A DNA stretch of 61,637 bases, the filler included, from Sphacelaria rigidula (taxonomy: Eukaryota), in the NCBI GenBank assembly GCA_964200075.2. It is 8 parts of 8 records of this genome, joined end to end, with 100 filler letters (N's around TTAATTAATTAA, not from the genome) between each part and the next. Parts side by side here need not be neighbours in the genome. Positions count along the whole stretch, not along the records: positions 7,719 to 15,336 come from CAXNAA020014072.1; positions 15,437 to 23,053 come from CAXNAA020014073.1; positions 23,154 to 30,770 come from CAXNAA020014074.1; 5 more parts are not named here. The stretch is one strand, 5' to 3'. The translations under genes were made by a program, and so were the position numbers. Positions 13,001 to 24,252 of this stretch are shown here, piece after piece (positions within the stretch are counted from its first letter, which is position 1; each line of letters begins with the position of its first letter). The notes beneath the pieces are model-generated. The model did no database searches. It was not told the DNA's origin and saw only the letters and a program-made list of their open reading frames with translations.

Positions 13001-14604
13001 CAACGCACATCTGAAGCTGGATCAGCAAGAGGAGGCAGCACGATGGTACGTCACCTTTCGGCCGCCCTGTGTTGGAGTTGAATCGCGTCTGTCCCCATGC
13101 AGAGATTTGTTTTTTTGCAATCTCATTTGTCTTGCCACAATCTTGACACACCATTAGACGTCCATGAGGCCTATTGTTGGACCGTGGTGCTCAATTATTC
13201 ACATGAGTTTGTTGGCAAAGTGTGAACCACGCGGTGTGGGCCAAATGCGACAGTCATTCTTCATAATCGCATGTCGCCACAAGGGAGATGAGAAAGCACG
13301 CGGGGGGGGGCGTATCCGTGAATTGAGTCGTGGCATCATCACGTTTGGCCAAGATATCGCAACATCTTGAGTGCAGAAACGATTGCGCGAGGTGGTCGAG
13401 TTGAAACACAATTTTGTGAAGCATGGTACAAATAATGGAGTAAGTCCTCTCTTGTGTACGTCTTTCGTCTTTTGTTTTGCGCACTGCCGGCTGGCGGAAA
13501 TAGCCTACACGAGCACATCAGGTTAGATCCGGATGCGAGAATTTCCAGCAAGTATCTTCTGGCGTCGCTGGAGTCGGATTCGGATCGGTTAACCAAAGAG
13601 GACCAGGTTGGTGATTGATGGATTGTGCTGTTGACGCACATGTGATTCTGGCGACGCTAGTGCTCTGGGTGATGATTCACGAAAAAAGCGAAGAAGTGAT
13701 CATGTGTGTCGTGCTTTAATATGCGTTGGTATGGAGAAGTTCACCTCTTAATCATTGCAATATCGCCCGTCTAAACAACAAGTGTACACCCTATATTGAA
13801 CGGAATGTTTCCGCGTAGCTCTCTCACCGTAGTACCTTGACCGGTCCATGATCACGCGCAGTGTACTTGATCAAGTATTTTTGGCTAGTACCGCGCAGTA
13901 GATTTTGTTCAAACTTTCAACCTGTATACACCTTGGCCATCCTTACACATGCTGCCGCATAAAATCTTTGTATTCGCCCTTGTCCATCATCCGTGCTTCT
14001 TTCTTGCCCTGTTTCCAGCTGTCTTACGCACGCGAGCTGTTCGACTACTACGCGCCATCGTACGATGATCACATGCGCAAGAAGCTGCTCTACACCGCTC
14101 CTAGGATTTTACGGCAGGTGAAAGTTTGCTGACAGTCACGGTGTAATGTGGTAATATTTCGGCTTCATCATCTACTGCGGGACTGTGAGGTGTGTATCAC
14201 CGTGATGAGCTAGCTCCATCTCTGGTGACAGTAGTGGCACTTGGTGGAATATCGTTTTTCGGGCGATTTTACCGACGAACATGTTCCCTAATCTTGGACG
14301 ATTTAACGCTTTTTGTATCCCCCTCTCTCGTACATCCTTACACATTGATGCTATTTACCAGAACGTGCGAGAGGTTTATAACGCTACATTCCAAGCACTC
14401 CCCGAAGCAGCAAAGGCGGATCACGACTACGACGTGCTGTCATACCTGAACCAGTCTCTGGACATTCTAGACCTCGGATGCGGCACGGGCTTGGTCGGCA
14501 GCTGGTTCAAGGACTATGGCAGGAAAATAGTCGGCGTGGATGTGTCACCTGTCATGCTCGACATGGCTACCAAGAAAGGGTGCTACCACGAGCTGCGAAA
14601 AGGG
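10066..14604 (+). CDS. Putative plastid-targeted GNAT-like + TPR + class I SAM-dependent methyltransferase (COG4976-like C-terminal part), 3' end beyond the contig; exons 10066-10833, 11293-11544, 11890-12048, 12401-12514, 12909-13045, 13504-13606, 14019-14117, 14362-14604
   Basis: All introns are GT-AG and phases are consistent (1875 nt, 625 codons, open). TPR motifs: LARLLHDKGDLEGAVNAYLKAVQMDP, LGGAYQSQGQHQMAFASYQQALDICP, YERALAVDPSLGNVWFNLANAHLKL. Also YARELFDYYAPSYDDHMRKKLLYTAP, SAM motif I ILDLGCGTG and post-I IVGVDVSPVML. N-terminal hydrophobic signal plus SES|FL. Confidence 0.88.
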
Positions 14605-14689
14605 GTGAGTGTCTCGATCCAGCTTATTGCAGACGCAACAGACCGACGGTCGATGAAAACGCTTGTGTAATGAAAGACTGCAAGGGTAG

Positions 14690-15050
14690 TGTAGAGTAGA
14701 GTACGAGCACGAGTAATGTGGGATGTCTTTACTCGGGGTGCTCTGGAGTACTCAGTGTTGCGGCAGTTGATACTCGGTGTACTTTACAATACCAAGTAAT
14801 TTTGCGGTCGGTATTCCGGGGACTCTGGAATACCTTTTGTTCGGGTAGTGAATACTCCAGGTACTCGGAGTACTGAATATTTGACTGAATATACCGAGTG
14901 CGATATCGAGTATTTTGCGTGGTAGATACTACACGTACTTTGGATATTGTGTATTTTACTCAGTACGTTACCGAGTATGATGCCGAATATTTTGAGAAGG
15001 CTGAACACCGAATAATCGAGGGTACTCACTATTTTCGGCAGTTGGTACTC
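14690..15050. repeat. Degenerate GAGTA/TACTC motif array (DNA-transposon remnant) in the intron after the methyltransferase exon
   Basis: Dense GAGTA, TACTC and AGTACT motifs similar in type to 5075-6366. Confidence 0.5.
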
Positions 15051-15255
15051 CGGGCGTCAACGATTACTTGGCGTTCAGGGTCGTTGGAACAGCGCCTGGT
15101 CACATTGCTGCTCCTATCCCCATCTCCATCCCCCGCAGGCGCCGCAACTGTAGGTGCTATTTGCGCACAGGTCGAACCGGCATGTGCAGTAGGGATGAGT
15201 GTAGTAGGCTGGCTGGACGTGCTTGCTATTGCAGCTGCACCGCCGCCGTCGCTCA

Positions 15256-15310
<55 letters not shown>

Positions 15311-15336
15311 CCCCCCCGCCCGCGCCCCTCCGTTCG

Positions 15337-15436
15337 NNNNNNNNNNNNNNNNNNNNNNNNNNNNNNNNNNNNNNNNNNNNTTAATTAATTAANNNNNNNN
15401 NNNNNNNNNNNNNNNNNNNNNNNNNNNNNNNNNNNN
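15337..15436. other. Artificial contig linker
   Basis: N44-TTAATTAATTAA-N44. Confidence 0.97.
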
Positions 15437-15877
15437 CGAAGTGATGGTGCTGCACTAGTTGTGACTGTACAACACGGCATGTCGTACTGTAGGCGCGCAG
15501 TGTCTGAGATGGCACGCAGACGAGACCTCCGGCGCGCCAAGGCGTCACGCTTGTAGAAAAAGTCAGAGTCCCGGCTGAGGTTATTGTACTCTAAGAGCAA
15601 GTGAACCGGTTCCCGACAGAAAAACTCGGTTTTACTGCTCAAGTTGAAGTTGTTTTCCACGAAATTTTGACACGATATACATAGAGTATATGTTGAGCCC
15701 CTACCGTTCGCACTTAATTTTGAATTTTCCTCATGTTATTGGTGATCTACATTTCACAACATACCTCATGCGCATCGTGTCGGGATTTCGTGAAAAAATG
15801 CGATTGGACAGCATAACCGCGTTTCATTTTTTCGTGGCTGGTAATTCTCCACAAAGGAACCAGTCTTGGACACGAAC

Positions 15878-16160
15878 ACGCGATTTAGCTGCTTAATTTC
15901 AGGTCGTTTTCTACGAAACTTTGACACGATGTACAGAATGCATGTGCGAAGACGCCGCTATTTGCCCCGTACATTTTGTTTTTTTTCTCCGTGAGTTATC
16001 GGCGACCAAACATTTCAGAACATTTTTTCGGAGCAAAATCGTGAATAACTCCTCAACGAAAAAATGTACGGGGAAAATGGAGGCGTCTTCGCACGTACGT
16101 CCTGAACATTGTGTCAAAATTTCATAGAAAACGACCCAAAATTGAGCTGCTAAATCGCGT
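15878..16160. mobile_element. ~280-bp foldback/MITE (long imperfect palindrome)
   Basis: ACGCGATTTAGCTGCTTAATTT...GTCGTTTTCTACGAAACTTTGACAC pairs with GTGTCAAAATTTCATAGAAAACGAC...AAATTGAGCTGCTAAATCGCGT; the ORF track shows near-mirror peptides on both strands. Confidence 0.8.
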
Positions 16161-16169
16161 CTTCACATG

Positions 16170-16405
16170 CCTGTCCGCGTCTTGGGCGGCCCACCGTGTA
16201 CTAGGAGACAGATGGTGGCTACAGACGGCGAAACAGGAAGGGGATTAGATGTGTAAAATGTTTAGTGTATGGAAGAAACGTCATGATCGCTCAAATGTTG
16301 GAGGTGTCTCTATTGGCAGTAGGAGTGGTGCTCCGTCTTGAAAGGGATGTGTGGCCAATGGTAAAAAAACTAAGGTGAGCAACAAATGAGTACGCCCCCT
16401 CCCTC
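16170..16405 (+). mobile_element. Second subfamily of the C-tailed dispersed repeat (GGTGCTCCGTCT...CAATGGT...AGCAACAAATGAGTACGCCCC)
   Basis: 3' end matches 59495-59570 (+) and 30970-31045 (-), and is related to the 1482-1757 family. Confidence 0.6.
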
Positions 16406-16449
16406 CATTCTCGATTGGAAAGATCTCAAGGGTCGGACAAATAATGAGT

Positions 16450-16620
16450 CGACTCGTGACGAATCAATCCCTAGGCTTTATTTCAGCGTTGCATCCCAGG
16501 TACACGCAGTCCAGACACGTGGAATGGCGCAAAAGTTGGGTGGATACCCCTTCGACCAGGGGTCAATTTTTTTCTCTTTTTTGGGCAACCAGGCCGGAGA
16601 AATCGTGGATTTGGTGACTC
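16450..16620 (+). repeat. Dispersed ~200-250-bp repeat; other copies at ~23960-24290 (-), 28050-28295 (+), 57835-58085 (+)
   Basis: Shared core TTCAGCGTTGCAACCCAGGTACGC..AGCCCAGGCACG.GGAATGGCGCAAAAGTT...TTTGACCAGCGGTCGAC...GAAATCGTGG. Confidence 0.75.
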
Positions 16621-17215
16621 GTAGTCGTGATGATTCATCCCAACCGTGAAAGATTTGGGGGTATAGTAGTGCAGTAGATCACGAAGACAATCCCGAGTGA
16701 ATGCTGCAAGAGGGACACGTTATTCCCAAGACCCGCTGCATAAACCTCGATTGAGCACGTCACATGATAACGTGTTGTTCATTCGTGCCTTTGTTCGGCC
16801 GAAGCTTGCCCCCGGTAAAGACAGTGTGGTGGCGCGGAATCCGGACAGCAAGGAAAAAGATAACCAGAGACGCTCGGCACTTCAGATGACACATCATGAG
16901 AGTTCCGTTTGTTGACCGTCTGTGCAAGGTTGCGTTTGTCGGAACATCTCAACAGGGTACTGTAATTCCAAATATTACACGATTCTACATGGCGTGCCTG
17001 CAGAGCATGGTTGCACGGAGTATAGAGAATCCCATTGCCTACGGAAGCAGACATACTAGGCACTCTCCTCGCCCATTACATCAGGGACCCAAGGCATTCG
17101 AGGGTCGCAAAAGGTGGAAGAGCAAGAGATAATATCCTTGCCCAAGGGAGAAAACAGTATAGTACTCCTATAGACGAACAGTTCAGGAGAGCTACAGTAC
17201 CCGAAAGTCTCATAC

Positions 17216-17318
17216 CTGCATCTGTTTCGTAGGTGGTGATGTGGCTGATGTTGTTGGAGATATCCTGAGTGAGAGCCAAGTATTCCTCATCGTACGCATC
17301 AAAAATAGAACCAGCCAT
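17216..17318 (-). CDS. VTI1: First coding exon of a VTI1-like Qb-SNARE (Habc N-terminus); remaining exons not found in this contig
   Basis: MAGSIFDAYDEEYLALTQDISNNISHITTYETDA followed by donor G|GTATG; resembles the VTI1 N-terminal F-x-x-Y-E/D-x-E/D-Y/F motif. Confidence 0.68.
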
Positions 17319-17542
17319 GATGTTCTCCTCCTTGTGGTCAGGGGCTAGCGTCTTCGCGTGTACCTTTTGTTGGAGCCTTCCCCGCTACCTAGGTTCAATA
17401 AGTATGACTATGACCATGCGGAGCAATAATCAAGTATGACCCTTTTCATGCGTGCATTTCTTCAAAGCTGGGAACCTTCGACGACTTGTGTCAAACTGGG
17501 GGGGGCGGGGGGTCAGCACAACGCGTCAGGCCTCTAGAGGAA
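17319..17542. promoter_or_regulatory. Putative bidirectional promoter/5'UTR region between divergent start codons
   Basis: Only 224 bp separate the ATG at 17318 (-) from the ATG at 17543 (+). Contains a short duplicated CAATAA(TCAA)GTATGAC motif. Confidence 0.55.
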
Positions 17543-17757
17543 ATGATGTCTCAGACTTCTAGCCCCAGATCTATCTCGCCGAGGCAACGAAGCAGCCGAA
17601 AGCATGTGCTCTCACCCAAGAAGGCGAAAAAAAAACGGGTGCCCAAATGCGACGGATGCGGCAAGCGTGACGGCGAGGACGCAGGTGTGGGAGCCCCCCA
17701 GGGCGCGAGGGTCAAGCTCAAAATATGTGCGCGCTGCCGTGGCGTGGCGTACTGCAG
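17543..17757 (+). CDS. First exon of a MYND-type zinc-finger protein (finger split by a phase-2 intron)
   Basis: MMSQTSSPRS...PKKAKKKR (NLS-like) CDGC...LKICARCRGVAYC then AG|GTAGAT. This is the first half of the MYND consensus CxxC...CxxCxxxxYC; the CQxxxWxxH half is not found in the contig. Confidence 0.75.
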
Positions 17758-18930
17758 GTAGATGAATGTGTCAGAGCACCTCATTCCATTCCATGCTGTG
17801 CTGGGGCTTTGTTGTCTTCTCGGTCTGTGTGATGAGTGAATTTGTTCTCAAAATTCCTGGCCGTCGTGACATTACGTTGGTGTCCTGTTTTGAATTAAGT
17901 TGAACGGTTCGCGAACGGGTACAGTACTTTCATTCTCTGTAGAGTACGCGGTTTAGCCACGCTGCGGGCTATCGCAGCACCGCGTTGAAATTTTGCCGCG
18001 ATGACGTCGTCTTGCGGTGTGATATCCATCAAAATGTTCTTGTTGAGCGCAGACAGCATCATCTCTATGGCGACTTCACCGCTCCTGTTTTGCGCGGTTT
18101 TCGGTCGGCGCTAGCTTAGCCGCTGAATTCGTGTTACTGTACCGGGCAACAACTGTGTGCAGTACAGTCTGTGCTTCGCTTACCCGTAAATCGAGGGGTA
18201 TCGTACAGCTGGCGATAGATACCCTACCCGTCAAAGAAGGGGTATCGCATCTACCAGTTGCTGTGCAGGCAGCCAGCACACTCTACCCACTCTTTCCGAG
18301 TAGATTGTGTTACTCTCAGTGACCCAGAAATGGGAAATCGTTGATCCCTGAGCGTACAGAAACTCGTAAATGAAATACTCTTTACAAGTCGGGTTTTGGC
18401 TGCTCGTCGTGGTGAAGATCCATGATGCTGGGCGTCCGCTATGGTCGTGTCATGTGCTACTCATCAAGCGCATGAAGCACTTTACCATCGCAGGATGACG
18501 GATAGGTACGAGAGCAGTGAAAACAACCAGGGCACACATCATTGATTCTCAAGGGATGGTGATGGAGTCACAGTGTGGCTTATCGAGAAGCCTAAAACTA
18601 TGTTACATCGCTGTACGAAAGTTGAATCTCTTGTGCGCGACTCCACCTTCGGAACAATATCGCTGGCTGAGACTCGCAGCAAAAATGGCGGTGGGGTGGA
18701 TGTTGGATGGTTATTGCTTTGAGGACGGGATCTTGGGACGGAATGCGAGGCATACTGAAATCGAAATATTTTCAGATGAAGCTTCATCTATCCGAATTCG
18801 CAATTTCAACGTTTTCGCGTATTTCAAGAAATGGGTCCCAGCGCAACCTTTCGGCTCTACATGCAATATTAGGTGAACTTTTACTTGTATCAAGTATCTA
18901 AAGTACTCGACCGCCAGGATGGGCAAAACG

Positions 18931-19534
18931 TAGGCTTTTGCTTTTTATATGCGTGCATATAACTTCGCATAAAATGGGGTTTTGCGCATAACCTTACGCG
19001 TTTTTTCAAAAACATATATTTATGGAGATTCCGGTATAACAAACGCATAAAAACTACTTGTAAGTTTTACGCATAACTTGGCGCATATAGTACTCCAATG
19101 GGATTATGCACTCCACGCCCAGAAGCTAGTAGCTACCCACGGGTGCTTCATGTGGTGTGGCTCGTCGAGTCGTGGCGTTTGTGTTCGTAGTTTATTTTTT
19201 TGAACTTTGTTGCGGATCTAATATCGGTTTTTGTGCTGTATGTGAACTACTTTATGTTTACGTGATATTGATGAAAAACTACTTGTGTCATATTTAATTC
19301 AGACGTGGCCTTTTGCTTTATATCCCCAGTTTTTTTCATGCTAGAAGATACGTTCCACGAGGAGTGCTGCCAGGAACCCCCGCGAAGAAGGACGCGAAGA
19401 AGGCGCATAAGTTGCGCATATTTCACCAAAATACGCATGAATCGGCGCATCATTTCCACCTTTGAGCATAGAAGAAAAAAATGAAATGAAACGCATAAAA
19501 ATTAAAAAAAAATGCGCATAAAAGCAAAAGCCTA
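18931..19534. mobile_element. Non-autonomous hAT-like element with CGCATA/TATGCG subterminal motifs
   Basis: TIR TAGGCTTTTGCTTTT / AAAAGCAAAAGCCTA; flanking 8-mers GCAAAACG and CCAACACG (6/8 identical, decayed TSD); repeated CGCATA motifs near both ends. Confidence 0.72.
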
Positions 19535-19544
19535 CCAACACGCA

Positions 19545-19735
19545 CCCTTAGACCGCGATGCGGGTAGTCCATCTGGATCACCTGTAATTTTCAAGTGAAA
19601 TTGATGCTGATTCAGCAGGTGATATACCCTCGCCGTCAAAGGGTTAATCCTCAGACCGCGAGGGTAGTCCACCCGGATCATGCATGCTATTCCAAATTGA
19701 AGTTGATGATTCAACAGATGACCGACTCTCGCCAT
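19545..19735. mobile_element. Tandem copies of ~100-bp piggyBac-like MITE
   Basis: CCCTTAGACCGCG...AAAGGG-TTAA-TCCTCAGACCGCGAG; same family as 26791-26888. Confidence 0.65.
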
Positions 19736-20867
19736 GTCTTATCGAGACCAGAACAAGAAGCGGGAAAAGAAACAAGCGTTCAAAAGCATGTTGATTGATT
19801 GCCGGGAGGGTCAATGGTTGCGGCGACTAATCAACACGCTGCTTTTGGACGCTTGTTCCTCTTCCCGCTTCTTTTTTTGGTCTGGAAAAGACACGCCCTG
19901 AACGGGGATGACGAAAAGTCGTGAAAATGGTAGGGAGTAGACAACTGGTGGGTGACTTCGAAGCAGAGTTCACAGACTCACAGTAAGGTCTTGTGTGGAG
20001 ATTGTTGAGTCGGGGACCCAACACACATGAGAGATGTGTGAAGAAAGGTGAACGTCCTAATCATTAGGCGGCGAAAAAGGTTACTGCTACAAGCCTTTCC
20101 TCGTTCAAAAAACGTACGAAGAAGAGCATACAACGGGGGGTTGGTGTGGGTACCACATTGAAGGGGCAAATCCTCACCGTGCGTCGTTTTAATCTGGGTC
20201 TTTTTTGTTTTTTTGTTTTTTTGCTAGTCTGTGACCACGGAAGGCGTCCGCCGCATCAGATGCCCAGTACGAATGTACGGCGCAGATATCGGAACGGTTT
20301 TTAATGTGAAGACAACAACAACAACGTCGTAGTGTCCGTCGAGGAATCACCTTTTCACACAACACCCAGTTTTGGGGTCGGATTTCCACTGATCAGGGTT
20401 GAGGACCTGGTCTGCACGCAGGGTCCCTTTGTGAATCGGCATCATTTTCAGTCGTTTTCAATTGAAAGTGATGCCGACTCACGATGGACCCTCACTCACG
20501 GTAGTCCACTCCAGTCTCTAAACCATAGACTGCGAATCCCTGAGTATTCACTCTCCCGATTTTGGTGTTGCGATGGTCCCATCTCAAAGCTCTACCCAAA
20601 TCTGGGGTATAGTGAGGAACGATCACAATACCCGATACTCTACTCAAAGCCTGGTTAAAGTCCGATTTTCCAAAATACCCGAACGAAGAAAATACCCCAC
20701 GTACCCAACACATTCTTGGTATGTTGTATCATTTTTGCGCGACAAGATTTTTTTTCCGGAACATGATTAAAGGTCTCTTCATCCCCTCGCACACTGCTGC
20801 AACGCCCAACCCCAGATCTAGACGTGGGATTGTTGATTATGGTCTATATACGTTACCGAAGTTTCAG

Positions 20868-22526
20868 CGCATAGCAGCGACGACAGCGCGCGCACGACCT
20901 TGCCTCCTACGCTGAGCATCTCTACAATCGATGCCGGAATGACTTTTCTACATATTGTCATTATCCAGAAAGTGTGCCGGTACTGCTTTATGTTCGTTTG
21001 CCAGCACCGTACCCTCCTAGGAGATCGTGATGTGGAAGTAAGTGCACCACCATGTCCACATATGCATTGACTCACGGCACACGGAATCTGGGCTGCGAGA
21101 TAGACATTTTGGGGGCCTATCGACGGTATATCGGTATTCGCCTAGTTTGATTTGCGCGTTGGCAGAAAGGAGCTGAAACTCGGTGCACATACTGCCTGTG
21201 TTGCGTCCAACTAGTGCATTGAGTTTCATGGTGATGCCTTTGCCCACGGTCGAGAAATTCACAAGCGAAGTTTACGTACAAAAGTGCAATGGTTTTTGTA
21301 TTCGGGCCAAGTGCGCGCAGTCACGGATATAGGGCGGGCATTCCGGTGTTTTCATTAATTTATTTTCGCGCAAAGACCGGTATGACCGGTATGTCTTCGC
21401 TGAATACAAAGGCAAAAAACAGTGAGCGTGCCATCTCTCTCCACTTGAACACAGTATACTGCATGCTACTGATGCCTCTGCTTAGTGTTCCCCAACAAAA
21501 CTACAGACAGTGTGAAGCTTTATTGGCAACACAAGAGGGGTCAGGCAGGCGGCAAAGACCACGAGCCGAGTAAGAAACACGTTGTGTATGCCCATGCCAT
21601 CTATGATGGAATGGTGACGACCGAATGGGAAATACAGCAAGCCTGCGAGGTACGATGGTCCATATGTAGTCCATCTGGGGTGTGGCACACTGACCATTCG
21701 GACCAATCACAGCTATCAAAATGGTCTCTCCGTTCCTCTCTAGCGTTGTTCCTGTCTGAGAATTTCACTTGGGAAACTTCCAAACACACATATCCCCCAC
21801 CCCTCTGTCAAAAACCACCCCCGCTCACTGAAAAAAAAACGGATGTCCCCGGACTGTCAGCCGGTGAAACTGTTTCGAGGTTCGTAAAGTCATAATAGGG
21901 TTTGTGCGAGAAAATAACGCGTGTCTGTGGAAATGTTGAGTGTTGTTGTGTGTCGACTATCGAACTATGTTACCTTGGAACATGAAAAAAACATGGGTAG
22001 CAGCGTCTGTATTGGCATTCGGAGTTATTCCTAGGAACCCTTTGTTTTATTACTTTTCACAGAGGATGGGCGTGGCGACAAAGCGCACCTCGTGTCTGAT
22101 GATGCCGAAACTTGAAGCGTATATCCCTTTTGATATCGCAGGTAGGTGTCGAATCCACACCCACCGTGGCGCAAGGCGCTGAGGGCGCGGTGTGCGTTGA
22201 AACGGTGGATACCAACGTTGCGCCCTCCTTTTTTTATTCAACACTTAGTTGTCTGATGACAATTATAACGGGCACGATATCAAACGGGCACCGGGGACCA
22301 ACGGATCCCGCGAGGTGTAATGAATCTTGGCCCTCGCAGAAACACAGATAACAAGCACCATTTAGGTCTTGTTGAAGATCTGAAGGTACTGCACTCAACG
22401 TTCCTGCTCCAAATCGCGCGACAGCTCGACGTTGAGCTCCTCTCGGGTTCTCCCAAGGACCCTTGCCGACTTACCTGGCGAGGGGATAACGTTCCCTTAC
22501 AGACAGTACCAGAACTTCCGGAGTAG
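20868..22526 (+). pseudogene. Degenerate spliced ORF resembling the CxC/N-terminal part of a KDZ (HMGXB3-like) transposase; exons approx 20868-21037, 21104-21264, 21507-21649, 22063-22141, 22366-22526
   Basis: Canonical AG/GT sites, with compatible phases at three of four junctions, give ...IVIIQKVCRYC...TFWGPIDGISVFA*FDLRVGRKELKLG...KKHVVYAHAIYDGMVTTEWEIQQACE-RMGVATKRTSC...; in-frame stops are present. Family assignment rests on recalled motif similarity only. Confidence 0.42.
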
Positions 22527-22981
22527 GGGTGCTGACAGACTTATAGCCACGGGGGTGGGTGTTGTGGTCTGCTTCTCCCGGTGTCAGATTAGGGTACAAG
22601 CTGGTTCACGCTGATCAACCTAAAAACAGTCATCCGCAAAACGTCACACGGTTTTTAGGAGTTGGACCCTGAAACTTTGTACATTTTTTCTGTGGGTCAT
22701 CACGCAACTTTCGATATACGAGGTGTTTTTTACTTTCGTTTTTTCCGCCAGTTCTCGGGGATCCAGGACCCCGTGGGACCCCCGGAAACCGATGGAAAAA
22801 CCTACTGGTAAAAAATACACATTCATCGAAAGTTTTGTAATTAACCAGAGTACATGTAAATTTCATGGTCTAAATGCTGAAAACGGCACGAAGTTTTGCG
22901 TTTCTGTGCGATGAAGTGAGCTTGAAACGTGCGAAGGCCTAACTAGTATACTTCATTTCAGAAGAAAAACGTTTTTTTCGG

Positions 22982-23049
<68 letters not shown>

Positions 23050-23053
23050 CGTT
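22982..23053. repeat. (GTT)n microsatellite at contig end
   Basis: About 24 GTT units with two GTC variants. Confidence 0.95.
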
Positions 23054-23153
23054 NNNNNNNNNNNNNNNNNNNNNNNNNNNNNNNNNNNNNNNNNNNNTTA
23101 ATTAATTAANNNNNNNNNNNNNNNNNNNNNNNNNNNNNNNNNNNNNNNNNNNN
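23054..23153. other. Artificial contig linker
   Basis: N44-TTAATTAATTAA-N44. Confidence 0.97.
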
Positions 23154-24154
23154 TTTTTCATCTAAAATAATATATATGTGTTTCTTTTTTTTCTCGCTCG
23201 TGGGGGGGGGGGGGGGGGGGGGGGGTCTACCGCCGTGTCACTCATGGATGAAATGTATCGTACCCTGTACAGAGGACGTGTGAGCGGCAAGTTTCCCCAC
23301 TCGGTATAGGGTGTACGGAGCGTGTGGATACGACGAGACGTGGGCTTGGACTTGATAAGCCTTGCAGAGGCAGGGCTTGGGACAAGGAATGGTGTGATGG
23401 ACTGGGGGCGCAGTGTTGCCGCACAAGTAGTGAGGAGCATGACCATGATCCCGCCTGGGGATTGGAGGAGGATGACAGTACCAGGGTCGACAGGCCCAGG
23501 ACGACCAACCGGCTCAGGTCATTCGTGAGCGGGTCGAGCCATATTGAGGTGGCCATCACAGCTATGAGCAATGCTACGGTAGGGGTGCACTTTTTTCGCG
23601 AAACTATATCTAGTTCAGGGGCTCCTAACGATTCAAGATGCACAAAAATATGAGTCAGGACATGCCCGTTTGCAAATTCATTCGGGGTAGTAATCCTGGC
23701 GTACTTTCACACATTTTCATAGGTCGCGTTTTGCATGAGATAAAGGGCTCCTAACGATTCTCACCTCAGAAAATATTTGTGCACCCCTACCGTAGCATCA
23801 CTCTCATGATAAATAAAAACGAGACTTCAACCATCGAACTCAAGAATTCGGGGTTCGGACCCGGGACAGGGAAACACCCTCCTCCTTCAACCCTAGTCGG
23901 GACGATCACCGCTAGTCTAGAGTGCGCGAGAGCAGTCGAGATCAGCATCACGGGTAGGATCAACGAATGCACGGTTCGGAAGAATCATCGCTTGTTCAAA
24001 AAACCAAATCCACGATTTCTTAGGCCTGATTGCTCGAAAGAGAGGAAAAAAGTCGACCGCTGGTCAAACAGGTCTCCACGCATTTTTTTTGCGCCATGCC
24101 GCGTGCCTGGGCTGCTGCGCGTACCTGGGTTGCAACGCTGAAAACAAAGCTCAA

Positions 24155-24252
24155 CCCTTTGACCCCGAGGGTAGGTCATCTGTTGAGTCGGCATCAATTT
24201 TACTTGGAAAAAGTGTGCACGATTCAGATAGACTACCCTCGCGGTCTAAGGG
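24155..24252. mobile_element. piggyBac-like MITE inserted in the dispersed 250-bp repeat
   Basis: CCCTTTGACCCCGAG...CTCGCGGTCTAAGGG flanked by TCAA/TTGA. The paralogous empty site near 57905-57925 reads AAAGC-CTAA-GAATTG on the minus strand. Confidence 0.72.

Noticed and set aside
14898..15392. Poly-proline ORF (also 30574-30822 and 1977-2355)
   Set aside because: These are translations of poly-C/G homopolymers at assembly breaks.
10066..17757. Apparent cluster of methyltransferase, SNARE and MYND genes
   Set aside because: A linker at 15337-15436 separates the methyltransferase from the other two, so they are on different contigs.
17757..21649. Joining the MYND exon to the exon at 21507
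   Set aside because: The phase-2 join gives YCRQCEALLATQ...stop without the CQxxxWxxH half of MYND; the downstream exons fit better as a separate degenerate element.
23273..23578. Possible exon-like open frame (RTCERQVSP...AMSNAT)
   Set aside because: Splice-like sites exist, but no partner exons or recognisable family were found, so support is insufficient.
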